A stretch of 63,684 nucleotides of DNA, counting the filler, from Octopus bimaculoides (lineage: Eukaryota): assembly GCF_001194135.2 (NCBI RefSeq). It is 4 parts of 4 records of this genome, joined end to end, with 100 filler letters (N's around TTAATTAATTAA, not from the genome) between each part and the next. Parts side by side here need not be neighbours in the genome. Positions count along the whole stretch, not along the records: positions 44,945 to 55,312 come from NC_069004.1; positions 55,413 to 63,684 come from NC_068997.1; 2 more parts are not named here. One strand, written 5' to 3'. The number at the start of each line of letters is the position of its first letter. Position 1 is the first letter of the stretch. Positions 50,145 through 63,642 of this stretch are shown one piece after another. Under the pieces are notes generated by a model. That model was not told where the DNA came from, searched no databases, and saw only the letters and a program-made list of their open reading frames with translations. The position numbers and the translations under genes were made by a program.

Positions 50145-50879
50145 TAATAATAATAATAATAATTATTATTATTATTATTATTATAATCCTTTTTGCTATA
50201 GGCACAAGGCCTGAAATTTGGGGGCAGTGGGTAGTCGATTACATCGACCCCAGTGTTTCACGGATACTTATTGCATCGACCTGGAAAGGATGAAAGGCAA
50301 ATTCGATCTTGGAGAAATTTGAACACAGGATGTAAAGCCGGAAGAAATTTCGGTAGAAGGCTCAGAATTTTGAGGGGTGAAGTTTATTTGATTGCATCGA
50401 TAGCATTACTTGATTCTTATATTATCTTATCGCGCCCCCACCAGAGGAATATAACAATATTAATAACAACAACAATACAATAATAATAACAATACCAACC
50501 ATTGGTTTCAGGTCTCTGGGTGAGACATGCAACAGCTTGCATAAAAATAAATAATAATAATAACAATAATAATAATGATGGGAAGAAGAAAAAGAGATGA
50601 AATAACAAACAAAAAATAAGAGCAAATAATACCCCCCCCCCATTAAAAGAAAATACATGCTATAGTAAAATAGTTTTGTACCTACCTCCATTTGACTTCC
50701 ACAACTTGAGGATTTCACCAAGTTGGGTCACAACCTCAAAAGAATTGGTGATGTTTACCGAACTGATTTCTTGACCAATCGCTAGATGGCCCTGCAAGGC
50801 CTGCAACAGAGGGAGAAAAGAATACGTTGATACAATGGCATAAAGTGAGACGGGTTAATCAAATTGATCATCTGATGAG

Positions 50880-50955
50880 TTGACATCATCATAGTCATCG
50901 ATATCATAGTCATCGATATCATAGTCATCGATATCATAGTCATCGATATCATTAT
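50880..50955. repeat. Perfect 15-bp tandem repeat (ATCATAGTCATCGAT) x4 within a (CAT)n-derived tract
   Basis: Direct reading. Confidence 0.9.
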
Positions 50956-51779
50956 CAGTAACATCACAATCATCTTCCTCATCGTGATCACTATCATCAA
51001 CATTATGATCCTTATATTCATCACCAACGCCGCCACAATCATCATCACCACAGCAATAGTCGTCACAATGATCTTCCCCACCGTCACTACTAGTAATTGG
51101 TGAACGTGGCACAACACCCAGAAATGCTACCGAAAAGACTGGGAGAGATTGGAATTGAAACTCGCGCTGTCGACTTTCAGAAAATTACCATTCTATATTT
51201 TGCAAGAATTCTAAGAAAGATTTTTGAGATTTGAGGAGACTTGTTGTTACAAAATCTCAAGATAAAATACCTCCAAACTAAATTAGCTGTAGAATATTCA
51301 TAACAATGATGATAATAATAATAAGCTGATACCAGCAGAATACCAAACACTTAAGGATAAAAATTCAGTCGTTTACACTGGCCCCAGTTTATAACTGGTA
51401 ATTAAATTTATCGACGTCGAAGGGATAAAATACGAAGCTGACCTCATGGGATTTTAATGTCTCTTGTCATATGTACAAAGGGTTAGAAATTTGGAGAAGG
51501 GTTAAGTCAATACTATCTACGCCATTACTTCAATGATAATTTAATTTCTCGACAATGAAATGATGAAGGGTAAAATTGACTTGGGCATGAATTGAACTCA
51601 GGAAGAAAGAACCCAATGTAGTTTGCTCGACGCATTAAATATCCTTCCACGGAGTGGCAATCAACGTTTAGTACGATCACCCAAGACTAGTGAACATAAA
51701 AAGAGTGTGTCGTCCTCCTCAGACCAGTGACCTAAGGTGAAGTGACGCAATTATGTGAACTCTCATTGAAGACATCCAC

Positions 51780-52065
51780 AAAACAAATGATGGTGTTAAA
51801 AGGGAGTAAAAGATGAAGTTTACATCTGAAAAACTTGGAACAGAGGTTCCGCCAATCAGCTTTCTCGCAGATCTCAACTAGAACAATTTCACTCACACGA
51901 TATTGGCGTCTGCGAAGACGTTGCGTATCAGACGATAAAAACTTATCCAAGTGAGGGACGAACACAGATCTAGCGATGGCGAAGCTAACATTGATTAATA
52001 CCGCAACAAGTCAGGACCTCGATCCAAATTAAGAGTGTGGCCTTGTGCCAAACTGAGAAATTACT
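51780..52065 (+). mobile_element. Degenerate LINE 3' end (possibly L2/CR1 group)
   Basis: Frame reads VYI*KTWNRGSANQLSRRSQLEQFHSHDIGVCEDVAYQTIKLIQVRDE..ID*, resembling recalled LINE C-termini. It ends in TGGCCTTGTGCCAAA, the same tail as SINE family C. Confidence 0.4.
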
Positions 52066-52329
52066 GTAGTTGCAAACACTGACTATAATATTGCAGAAGA
52101 CGCCATTATTGATGTCAAATGTTTGTAGCAAAATTTACGGTGTTTATGTCCGCCATTAATTATATTGTATGTTCCAAAGACATATGCATGATTAAAGAAA
52201 GTCTTAATAATTCAAGAAGCGGTCAGTTTATTTACCCTGTAATGTTGCGGTTACATGTGTGTTTGTTTTTGATGATGAATGCATTGAATATAATTATATT
52301 TATATACACACATACATTTCGTGCATGCA

Positions 52330-52380
<51 letters not shown>

Positions 52381-53189
52381 TCATAATGTGTACATATATA
52401 TAGAAACGATACATATATGTAACTGTGTGTGTGTGTACGTATCTATCTATAGTAATTGTATCTTCTTTCTTTCTCTCTGTCTCTCTCTCTTTATCTATCT
52501 CTCTCTCTATCTCTCTCTCTCTCATACACATATATAAAACATCTTGGCAGAGCATTGGATCTATATCCATGACAAAGTTCTTACAAGTAATGGAATTCAA
52601 CAACTTCTGTGAGTTCTGGTTGGCTAATATGATTCCATCAACAATGTAATTGCTTCACTTTTAACACAAGGCCTCACATGAAGCTACTTACAAGACAATC
52701 TCGTTGGGCAATAAGATCAACCCACGATTAAGACGATTCACTCGTCGTTATTGAACGAATTCCTCTTAGCGAAATTCCGAGGAATCAGCTTATAAATTTG
52801 TCTTCGATATTTTAAGCAATATCATGAGTATCAAAGTATTGCTGTGCATAAAATATGAACGTTGGACTATGCTAGCAAGTTTTCAAAATTATGTGTTTAT
52901 ATTCACGTTACATTACAAGCATTTTGTAGAAAATTCCATTGATTTCCATGAAGGCGAACGATTTATCTCGTAGAATTTCTAAATCTGTTTGAAAAGTGAT
53001 TTGGCACGAAACTCTAAAATTCTGAGTCACTAACAAAGCTACACCAGTAAATAATATTTTAATAGCTTTGGCAACCTGGACTGTGAAATAAATTCGATCT
53101 AACATAAACTGTATGGCAGTTTTCTTGCATTCACTCTTTTTTAGAGAGAGAGGGAGAGAGAGAGAGAGAGAGAAAGAGAAAGAGAAGCA

Positions 53190-53400
53190 TGCGTTTTGCA
53201 GGACATGTGTTTAAAAGTTAAGGAAGAACACATTTTGTGGACACATGTTTAGGCCTCGACATGTATATATACGGATGTCCAACAAAATTCCTCCAAGACC
53301 ATCTCTCTACGGACACAAGATGTGGCCATGCGTAATTGCAACTAGTAGTTTGATCGTACCAGATTATATCTGAGGAATTTCAATCAGATGCCGGTGAGGA
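53190..53400 (+). mobile_element. RTE-X-like LINE 3' remnant
   Basis: MRFAGHVFKS / KEEHILW / GCPTKFLQDHLSTDT across frameshifts, next to a (GA)n run. Confidence 0.5.
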
Positions 53401-53855
53401 GGGTTGTATCTCAGTGTGAGTTTGTGAATAAATTCATATGTGTATACATTAAGTATGATAAACAGCTAGCTACTTGAATCGTATACTGCTTCTGCTGTAT
53501 ATAAGGGATTTTCAGTCAACCGGGCGGCAACTTGCATCGTCAGTGATTGTTGATCCTATGTTTCTTAAATATCTAAAAGCATGAGGTGGGATTTAAGTGG
53601 AATTTTAATATCTAAAGGTATGAAATAATGGGATTTAAGTACAGGTTATTGATAACACCCAACGAGCAAGAAATACATACAGTTTTCTCAGCAACAGCGG
53701 CGGAGATGATTTGGCCTGCCTCTAATATATATATTTTATTTTTAAAAACTGCACGTCCATAAGAAATATTATCGTTAGAAGAATACCGAAGTAAATTTGC
53801 CTCTTATCATGTATCTACATTATGTATGACACACAGATTTCAATGACATATAACG

Positions 53856-53897
<42 letters not shown>

Positions 53898-54773
53898 NNN
53901 NNNNNNNNNNNNNNNNNNNNNNNNNNNNNNNNNNNNNNNNNNNNNNNNNNNNNNNNNNNNNNNNNNNNNNNNNNNNNNNNNNNNNNNNNNNNNNNNNNNN
54001 NNNNNNNNNNNNNNNNNNNNNNNNNNNNNNNNNNNNNNNNNNNNNNNNNNNNNNNNNNNNNNNNNNNNNNNNNNNNNNNNNNNNNNNNNNNNNNNNNNNN
54101 NNNNNNNNNNNNNNNNNNNNNNNNNNNNNNNNNNNNNNNNNNNNNNNNNNNNNNNNNNNNNNNNNNNNNNNNNNNNNNNNNNNNNNNNNNNNNNNNNNNN
54201 NNNNNNNNNNNNNNNNNNNNNNNNNNNNNNNNNNNNNNNNNNNNNNNNNNNNNNNNNNNNNNNNNNNNNNNNNNNNNNNNNNNNNNNNNNNNNNNNNNNN
54301 NNNNNNNNNNNNNNNNNNNNNNNNNNNNNNNNNNNNNNNNNNNNNNNNNNNNNNNNNNNNNNNNNNNNNNNNNNNNNNNNNNNNNNNNNNNNNNNNNNNN
54401 NNNNNNNNNNNNNNNNNNNNNNNNNNNNNNNNNNNNNNNNNCCCTATCAAGCTCATACATGGTTCAGGCTATCAGACAACCAGTAATCCAGATATTGAAA
54501 AAAAAAAAAAAAAACACACAATCTAGGAGAGTGTAAAAAAATATTTCAATTTTCTTTTCTTTAATTTGGATGATCTCCGAGTTTGTCATTGTGAGAACCA
54601 GCTGTAGAGTGAGGTCCAGGTGGCGAGTGTGATCATATATATATGCGCACACTCGTTTTTCGAGTTCAAATCGCAGTGACGTTTTTACTCGAAGAAATGT
54701 GAGCAATGGTTGCTTGCGAATTGCTGCGCATAACCAAAGCAAAGGTTTAAAAAGGACACTGTGTAGCTCGGTA

Positions 54774-54990
54774 ACCCTTTAGCATTCGGAATACTCGGCC
54801 AAATGTAATGCTTATTCGCTCACATTCTCTTGAAATAATCATGCATTACCTCATGGTTTCGAGATTTTGCTGATGTGCTTGTTCATTTTTAGTATGGGAT
54901 TGTAGGATAGGTGTGAGAGAAGGGAGCTGGTCGGTTTGAACATAAACCAGAATATTTGGGCTTGATATGACCAGTTTAAATGCAAAAGGG
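54774..54990. mobile_element. piggyBac-type MITE
   Basis: Termini (T)AACCCTTTAGCATT and AAATGC.AAAGGG form a TIR with TTAA-like flanks. Confidence 0.65.
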
Positions 54991-55438
54991 AAAAAATCTA
55001 TGTTGGCTGCTGCTACTGTTGCTGGACAGCCTACTGGACACGACATTATGAAGGTAGAACTGGTTGGTGGTCATCTGTTTTTCTTCATCTACATAATCGT
55101 TATATCTTCTTAGTGGTCTGCACCTAATGAGGTTATCGATGTTGCTGTTACAGCTCTTTCGCATTTGTATCAGCTTGTATGTGTAGGTGGATATATATAT
55201 ATAGCAATATACATATAGTGATATATGTGGTTGTGATTGATATATGTGGTAAAGAGAATGTGTATGTATATATATATATATAATACAGAATGGGACAAGA
55301 ACACAAAACATCNNNNNNNNNNNNNNNNNNNNNNNNNNNNNNNNNNNNNNNNNNNNTTAATTAATTAANNNNNNNNNNNNNNNNNNNNNNNNNNNNNNNN
55401 NNNNNNNNNNNNTATACACATATATATCCACATACACA

Positions 55439-55486
<48 letters not shown>

Positions 55487-55789
55487 CACTTCTAAATGCA
55501 GATAAATACGTGCGAGTGTATATATATTTGTCAGCACAACATATATTTTATACCCACACAGTAAAAAAAAAGAAAAAAAATGCGGTCTATACAAGGCCAG
55601 CATAAGAAATACGATGCAGAACAATGTAATATGCGCAATAAATACAGAAGGCCTGCCGAAATTTGAGATGAAAATAAGTAAAAATCTTTTCCATGTGTTG
55701 TGTCAACTTACAAGAAAACTAAAATTAGTTGTAAAATGGTGACTGACATCAAAAGTATTAACCGATGCTTATAGACATGTATACATGTG

Positions 55790-56205
55790 TGAATATCATC
55801 ATCCTCATCATCAGTGTCATCAGCATTATTTTATATCCACTTTCCATGCTGGTAAGGGGTGGATGGGCTGACAAGATCCCACGTTTGTCTATCAGAGTGA
55901 TGAGGACCATCTCAGCATCCCTAAAAATGTCTGATGACTGGCGCATTGACTTTGTTTTAAAGTGAAGAAGAGTTGTGTCAATCACACTCTCTCACCTGTG
56001 ACCATCTTCAATCCAGTGGTAAGACCAGGTCAAGATGACCAGGGTCAGTGACAAATGCAGTGGATGACCAAGATGTCTTACTCGCCACATCTTGCTCTCT
56101 GTACTCCACAATGCCTTGCCGTGGCTGCCTTTCAGTCTATTGAACCTTGGAGGTTCCTTCTGCAGAGTCTGCCTGATCCAGTCTGCAAGTGTATAGGTAG
56201 GCAAT
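55790..56205 (-). mobile_element. Degenerate LINE-like 3' end with RTE-type tail
   Basis: Minus strand ends CCCATCC..CCTTACCAGCATGGAAAGTGGATATAAAATAATGCTGATGAC..GATGATG; the upstream coding similarity is weak. Confidence 0.4.
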
Positions 56206-56208
56206 AGT

Positions 56209-56460
56209 GGAGGTGCATGGCTCAGTGGTTAGGGTGTTGGATTCATGATTGTAAGATTGTGGTTTTGATTCCTGGACCGGGCGACGTGTTGTGTTCTTGA
56301 GCAAAACACTTCATTTCACGTTGCTCCAGTCAAGTCAGCTGGCAAAAATGAGTAACCCTGTGACAGACTAACATCCTATCCAGGTGGAGAATATATACAC
56401 AACAGAAACTGGGAAACCAGCTCTTATGAGTCGGTGTGACTCATGAAGGTAATTTTACCT
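56209..56460 (+). mobile_element. tRNA-headed SINE related to family B by its head (different body); a related minus copy lies at ~3120-3255
   Basis: GGAGGTGCATGGCTCAGTGGTTAGGG...GATTCCTGGACCGGGCGACGTGTTGTGTTCTTGAGCAAAACACTTCATTTCACGTTGCTCCAG. Confidence 0.75.
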
Positions 56461-59196
56461 TTTTTTTTTTTGTTAGTTAGGCAAGCCCTAATATGCTTAA
56501 TTAATCCACATCTGGGACACTCACATGTTCTACCACTCCAGTTCAGATTAGACCTGGGAACAATAGTGGCTAAGAGGTGATTCCATTTTGTTCCAGTGTC
56601 TCAGTTTTAGCATAGTTTCTATGACTGGATAATCTTCCTAATGCCAACCAATATGTGACTTCAGCCCCCATGAGGTCACCTTGTAACCTACAGAGATGGA
56701 GAATATTAGAAAGGGAGGTGGAGTTTTATGGGATATGCTGAAGGGTTAAAGCATGATTGAAGGGACACGAGCAAGTTTGATATTATGGATTAAGGGCTTG
56801 ATACCATGGATTAAGGATTTGGTATTATGGATTGAGATTAAGGGCTGCTCAATATTCTACATGGGCTGATGAGAGTCAATGAAGTGGAGCCAAAAAAATG
56901 GTGGTGATAAGATGCTAGAGTGTACTCTCATGGTACAGGAAGGTAAATTGAAGAGAGCATGAGGACAGAATATCGGGAGCGTTTAAGGTTACAAGAAGTG
57001 GGGAAAAGACTGAGAGATGGTTAGAAACGGGGTTAAGAATAAATGTAGTGGACAAGATTGGGGTTGGGTAGCTGGAGTAGGAAAACAGTAAGAAGAATAA
57101 GGGGTGGATATCAGAAGAAATGGCTCAAGGGAGAGGATGTGATGACTGGCAGTACAGAGAGCGGGGCAGATAGTCAGCAAAATAATATGGTAGATAGGAG
57201 AATCATGAAGGGACAATTGCCAAAATGATGCAAAAGAGAGATGTGTATGTGCGTACAACACACACATATATACATACACACACTTATATATATATATATA
57301 CACACACACACATAGATATACACACACATACATAGATATATATATATGTGAAAGAGGGGTATTTTTTCTGTTATGTATTCTTATATTTTTGTGCATAATT
57401 TCATTTATTTAAGATACTGACACACAGTCTTATTTGCATGCATAAAACATACAACTACTTTCTTTAGACTATTGTGACCTTACTCTCTCTCTTTCTCTCT
57501 CTCTCTCTCTTGCTTTTCTTTCTCTCCCTCCTTTTCTCAACTCTACTGCCTTCCTTTCTTTTTCTACTCTTCCTGCTTTCTTTTCTCTCTATGCCACTCA
57601 TTCCTGTTCCTGCTCTGCTCTGCTCTGTTATCTTTCTTTCTCATTTCAGTTTGCTTGGCATACACACCAGTTTCTTTTCTCATCATTGTTTGCACAAAGA
57701 CATATGTCTGAACACCAGATCGTTTATTTGCTTTTGCCTTTTAGTATTGCACAGGTTGCACTACTGCTTTGTTTTATTTTAATTTTAAAAGACTCAGGGT
57801 ACTTTTTCTGTGCTTATTGCTAAATTTTAACCATATATTTGTTCATGTTCTGGTATTTTCTGTGTCCCAATCACTAAGATTTAACTTATATATATTTTTC
57901 ATCTTTCGTGACTTGTACCACTTTTATCAATCCTAAACAAGTGTATTCAGTAGTTGTTCATGCTACACAGGTAGCAGATCTATCCAATATGGTGAAACCA
58001 TGTAAATCATTAGAGGCAGAGCTGATGAGGGGCATTTCCTCATTTCCTCTGTCTTCTATTTGTTTTCATCAATAGTGCCTAATTTCTTTTCTACATCCAT
58101 ATACATGTCTGTCCTAGCTGGTGTTGTTCTGTATCTGCTCATACATTGCAGCTTAGCAATCTGATAAATATAGATTGATAAAATAAATACAAGACTACAG
58201 CAAATAATGATGTCAATATGATCAACTAAAACTCTGGAAAGTGATATTCCTAGATAGACATAGTCCACTGACTGAAAGAACAAAAAAATACACATGAACA
58301 CATACACATGAACACACACACACACACACACACACATGCACACACACACACACACAACCAGGCTGGAGCACTACCTTGTACGGTTAGCTGAACAAATTGA
58401 CCCCAGTACTTACTCTGTCAGTCTGATTTGCCAAAACACTAAGTTATAGGAATGTAAACAAACCAGCACTGGTTGTGAAGCAGTGGGAGAACACAAACAC
58501 GCACGTATGCATACGCACATACTCACAAAAGTAATTATTTGAACTTTGGGTATATGTCCAGTAGTGTGCCGATCAAAGCACTTATACCATTTAGGCTACC
58601 TGATGTTATCTACAGTTATGATATAATTGTCACTGAATCTATGACGGGAATTCTGCAATGTTCACTGAGTTTGTAATGAATGAGGAAACAAGGAAATGGA
58701 ATTAGCAAGAATTTTTATTCAACACAACGATTGTTTCAACACATCCTGTATCTATCCCTTACGTGTGGGATATTGCACATCTAGTTGTGTTGCATCCATC
58801 TTTGCAGGCTGCATCTCATCAGGTGTCATGTTTTAAATAAGATACTTCGTTACATATACCAAGTTTTGCTTGGCATGTTGTGGTTGCCTGTAGGAGAGTG
58901 GCTATACTGACAGTGGATGGAAAATATTTCTGGGTTACAACTGGTCGATGGGTTTGGCTATAGTTCACAGTGAATGCGTAGCATAAATTAAAGTAATATG
59001 ATATATATATCATCATCGTTTAACGTCCGCTTTCCATGCTAGCATGGGTTGGATGATTTGACTGAGGACTGGTGAACCAGATGGCTACACCAGGCTCCAA
59101 TCTGATTTGGCAGAGTTTCTACAGCTGGACGCCCTTCCTAACACCATAAAGCCCTTCTTAACGCCATAATGCCCTTCCTAACGCCAGATGCCCATA

Positions 59197-59242
<46 letters not shown>

Positions 59243-59403
59243 GCTTCTACATAGTTCCTATCTATCAAATTTACTCACAAGACATTAATTGACCCAGGGT
59301 TGTAGTAGAAAACACTTGCCCAAGGTGCCATTCAATTAGGTTGAACTTAAAAATCACATGATTCTGAAGCAAACTTCTTAACAATACAGCGGTNNNNNNN
59401 NNN

Positions 59404-59471
<68 letters not shown>

Positions 59472-59844
59472 ACATGACATAACACTACTTTTTTATAGCA
59501 TAACAAATGTCTTAGAATAGGTAAGTAAATTAAGAAATTAAAATCGAATGCTAGGCTAATTATTATTTTTATTATTTTTATCATCATTTAATATTATTAT
59601 TATTATTCTTATTATTATTACTATTATCTTTTATTATTTATTATTTTTTTTCTCAATTTATCTAGAAATGGAAATCATATCTTGAAAGATACATGAATCA
59701 ATAAAACAGAATTTATGAAGAAAAAAAAATATAATAATTATCTAAGTACAAAACAAATTGAATGTGGAGACACAAATTTCATCATTAATAGAAATCGTGG
59801 TTCACTGCAATTGTCTATTAAATGAAAGAAACTAGTTTTCAGAA

Positions 59845-60934
59845 AACGGTGGTGGTGGTGGTGAGGTTGGTAAAGGTGGAGAATGTGGTAGTGGTGGTGG
59901 TAGTTGTTCTTTGGCGCTGTATCAGGCCCGATCCAGTTGTTATGTGATCAAAGTCTTTCCAGCTGTGCAGGGTACCTTATGTTCAGGGTACCCTATGTGC
60001 AGGGTACCCTGAACTTCATAATTCAGTATGTCTTTTTCTTTTATTTTTCTAAGATGGTAAGGTGTAGTTGGTGGTGGTAGGGGGTGAAGGGATATCTTGC
60101 TGCTATTTCTAGCAAGTTGAGCGACCATGTCAAGGCTTCTTAGCTGGTTGCTGGTGGTGGTAGTGGAGGTGGTGATGATGATGTTGTGGTGGTGGTGGTG
60201 GGGTAATGGTTTTAGTGCAGGTGTTGATGATGGAGGTGGTGGTGCTCCAAATAGTGAGGGCAAAAGTGGTGATGGTGGTGTTGGTGGCAGTAAAGTTAGT
60301 AGTGTGGCATATGTGATGGTGCAGAGGTTTGTAGTGTTGTTATTAGGTGGTGGTTGTGGTGATGGTAGCATTGGCAGTAGTAATGCTGGTGGTGTTGGTG
60401 AAGTTGGAAATTTGTGGTGTTGGCAGTAGATAGAGGTGAGGTTGTTGGTATGGATGGTGGTAGCGGTAAAGTTGTTTGTGCAGGAGGTGATGGCGGTAGT
60501 GTGTGTGTGTGTGTGGAGGTGATGAAGATATGATGAGGTGGTATATAAGGTGTTGGCTATGGTATTAGTAGTAGTAGTACAGGTATTTAAGGTAGGTAGG
60601 CAGTGGTAAAAGCAACAATAGTAGTAGTAGTAGAAGTAACAGTAGTAGCAGTAGTAAAAGTAGTAGTAATAGGAGCAGCAGCAGTAGTAGTAGTAGTAGT
60701 AACAGTAGGTGCAGTAGTAGTAGCAGCAGTAATAGTAGTAGTAGTAATAGTAATAGTAGTAGTAGTAGTAGTAGAAGCTACAATAGTAGTAGTAGTAGTA
60801 GTAGTAGAAGCTGTAGTAGTAGTAGTAGAAGCAACAGCAGTAATAGTAGTAGCAGAAGTAAAAGAAGTGGTAGTAGTAGCAACAGCAGCAGTAATAGTAG
60901 TAGTAGCAACAACAGTAGGAGTAAATAATAGTAA

Positions 60935-60968
<34 letters not shown>

Positions 60969-61501
60969 TGACGATGATTATGGTGGTGTCAGTGCTGTTA
61001 GTACAACAGTACTAGTGACTGATGCTGTTGGTTGTAGTATAGGCAGTAGTGTTTGTAACTTATTTGTGTTGCTGTTTAGAGCCAGATTGATCTGATTTTT
61101 CCATGAAAGAAATTCCAACCATGACACCCATGTCTTATTTTTCATACATCGTGTGTCTATATAACTGCATCTTCTTAAACATGTCCTTCCATTTTTTTTT
61201 TCAAATTTGATTTGAGGGAATTTTAGCTGCTGTTTTCAGCAGATCAAATGAACCACATAGAAGAATATGGTGTAGTTGCAGTTATTGCTGTAGTTGTTGC
61301 TGCTGTAGTTTAACCCCGTGTTGATGCTGATTCAGGAAGCTTAAGATCTTAAAGCGTTCTTACCATGACCATCCTGAATTTTGTTTCCCATGGCGACAAA
61401 AATAGCAGGTTGCAGATGGAGGGAGGGAGCAGAAGATTTGGCTGCTATTTCTAGCAAGCTGAGTGACCATATACAGGATCCCTTGTTGGCTTCTCTATTA
61501 G

Positions 61502-61579
<78 letters not shown>

Positions 61580-61760
61580 CGACGGTAGTGTTGGTTGGGT
61601 ACTGGAAGCAGTTGGTGGTGGCAAAGGTGGTGATGGCAGTGGTGGTTGAGGAGGAGATGGTGGCAGTGGTGGTAGTAATAGAGATGGTGGTGGTGGTTGA
61701 GGTGATAATGGTGGCAGTGAGTGTGGTTGAGTGGTGATGATGATGGCAGCAGTGGTGATG
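59845..61760. repeat. Field of (GGT)n, (AGT)n and (GAT)n microsatellites
   Basis: Direct reading; includes a pure (GAT)n run at ~61502-61577. Confidence 0.9.
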
Positions 61761-62149
61761 GTAGTGGTGGCTGGTGGTATTGTTTAAATTAGAATAGAAA
61801 ATTCTATATTTAACATATGCGATATGTTTTTTTTTTATTATTATATATTGACTCTGGAATTTTATTTGGAACTTTTTGTCTGTTCACTTCCTGTATTTTT
61901 ATCTTTGATATTTTCTTATTCAAAGAACAATTTTTGATTTTCTAGATCTGGAGTTAAAAATACAATGTCACAGTCACATATGATCTCTCTTTCTCTCTAT
62001 CTCTCTCTCTATTTCACACACACACACACACAGACAAATGCACTAACACACATATACAATCACACTAGCATGCACATATGCATATACACACACAAATGTG
62101 CACACACTTGCACAAATGTACACACTCGCACAAATGTGCACACATACAG

Positions 62150-62290
62150 AGACAACACACACTGACAACACACACAGACAACACACACAGACAACACACA
62201 CAGACAACACACACAGACAACACACACAGACAACACACACAGACAACACACACAGACAACACACACAGACAACACACACACACACACACA
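62150..62290. repeat. 13-bp tandem repeat (AGACAACACACAC), about 9 copies
   Basis: Direct reading. Confidence 0.9.
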
Positions 62291-63642
62291 CAGAATGTTA
62301 CAGAGTTGTAAGAGCAAGATGAGAGAATGGCAACTGCCCAAGACAATAGGGGGAAATACTGGCACACAAGATGACAGAAGAAAATGTCTACAGTTTCTAT
62401 CTCATCATCGCTGTATTTATGACCCTTGCCAAAAACACTTAATTCTCAAATAATATCTCAATCAAATCCTGCTGTAAACAGGGGCATTGTCTTGGTTGAG
62501 TAGATATAAGCCCTTTTACCTGGCTCGACATTGCTGCATAGTTTTCAGCGATTTTACCAAAGACCTGTTCTTGTTATAAGCATTTGAGTCAGATCTCTGG
62601 AGCCTCCAGGGTTTCCAGGGTCTCCAGGGTCCCCAGGCCGAGGGAAACTTCAATATCTTCTTGTGTTGCTTACTGAGAAACTAATATAGTTTATGGTCCC
62701 ATGTCCCTATCAATCACAGAGATCCTACAGCCCTTTCCATCTCTGACATTATTCTCCTCTCCCTCGTCCTCAGTGGGTGTGTGGGTGCAGTAAAAAAGAC
62801 AAAACAAAGCCGCAGAATACGACTAAGAAATCGGATTCCTTATCTCAAGTACCTGAGTAAGAGGGACTGCCAACAAAGTGGGGTCCTAGGTGGAAATGCA
62901 GAATTGACATGCGTGGTGGTGGTGGGGGGGGGGACATATTGCAGAGAGGGGTTAATTTATTTTTTTTCAGAATTCTAGAACATCACAGTTGCCAACATTT
63001 GCACTGCAAAACATATTTTGAACAATGTGGTTATAGATACATATAAAAGACGTATTTCACCAGGCATTATTAAAAAATATATTCTACCTGTTTAGTGTAC
63101 AAACTGGTCAGATCTGTCCTCTTACACCTACCTAACAATGTCATGTCATTGAAATCCCAAGGCTATGAAATAATGCATGATTAATTCGAATCAATGTAAA
63201 CAAATATGTATTATGATCTAGCAAGGCCATGATCAAAGGTATGATACACCTTTCAGCAAGCATAGTGCATCTAGGACTACATTATCCAATGTACCCACCC
63301 ATTGTTACTATTACTGTTGCTTATCTCAAGATCAGCTGTGATTAAGCATGTCTATTTAATCAAAGTTGTTCCAAGCATGACTATCAAACCATTCATTCAG
63401 TAATAAGATATATCTAAGACAACATTATCTGTTGTATCCTTCCTTTATCATTATGGTAGGGTGTGACTTTAGAATGATATTACTGCTATTTCTAGTAAGT
63501 AGAAGCTCCTTTCTTGGCCCACATGCAGGAGACAGTATAACAGTGTAAATGATGATTATAATGATGATGGTATTAGTAGTGGTGTAGGTGGTACAGCAAG
63601 TCATAAATACTTAATTTCATATTGTAATATAGCCTCACACAC

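Larger units (their letters stand above)
1..59393. mobile_element. Further family A fragments: ~1-135, 1430-1700, 2775-2935, 5980-6030, 7745-7920, 9110-9237, 9770-9840, 12185-12250, 32750-32970, 35950-36062, 47430-47560, 58360-58500, 59235-59393
   Basis: Partial visual matches to the same consensus; the span given is only the range over which fragments occur. Confidence 0.75.
9080..59403. other. Assembly gaps (N runs), the largest at 19193-20091, 21815-22331, 27184-28050, 38551-39026 and 53898-54441; three carry a TTAATTAATTAA linker
   Basis: Direct reading; the span is only the range over which gaps occur. Confidence 0.97.

Noticed and set aside
50855-51112. Asp-rich ORF resembling an acidic biomineralisation protein
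   Set aside because: It is a (GAT)n-derived tract with a 15-bp tandem repeat; no signal peptide or splice context.
60603-61737. Poly-Val and poly-Met ORFs
   Set aside because: (AGT)n, (GGT)n and (GAT)n microsatellites with non-ATG or incidental starts.
62150-62290. CRISPR-like array (also 49020-49700 and 6425-6760)
   Set aside because: Head-to-tail repeats without unique spacers, no cas genes, eukaryotic context.
15890-62367. Dozens of listed ORFs rich in HT, YI, CV, VC or poly-X
   Set aside because: Translations of (CA)n, (TA)n and (ATGT)n microsatellites or of N gaps.
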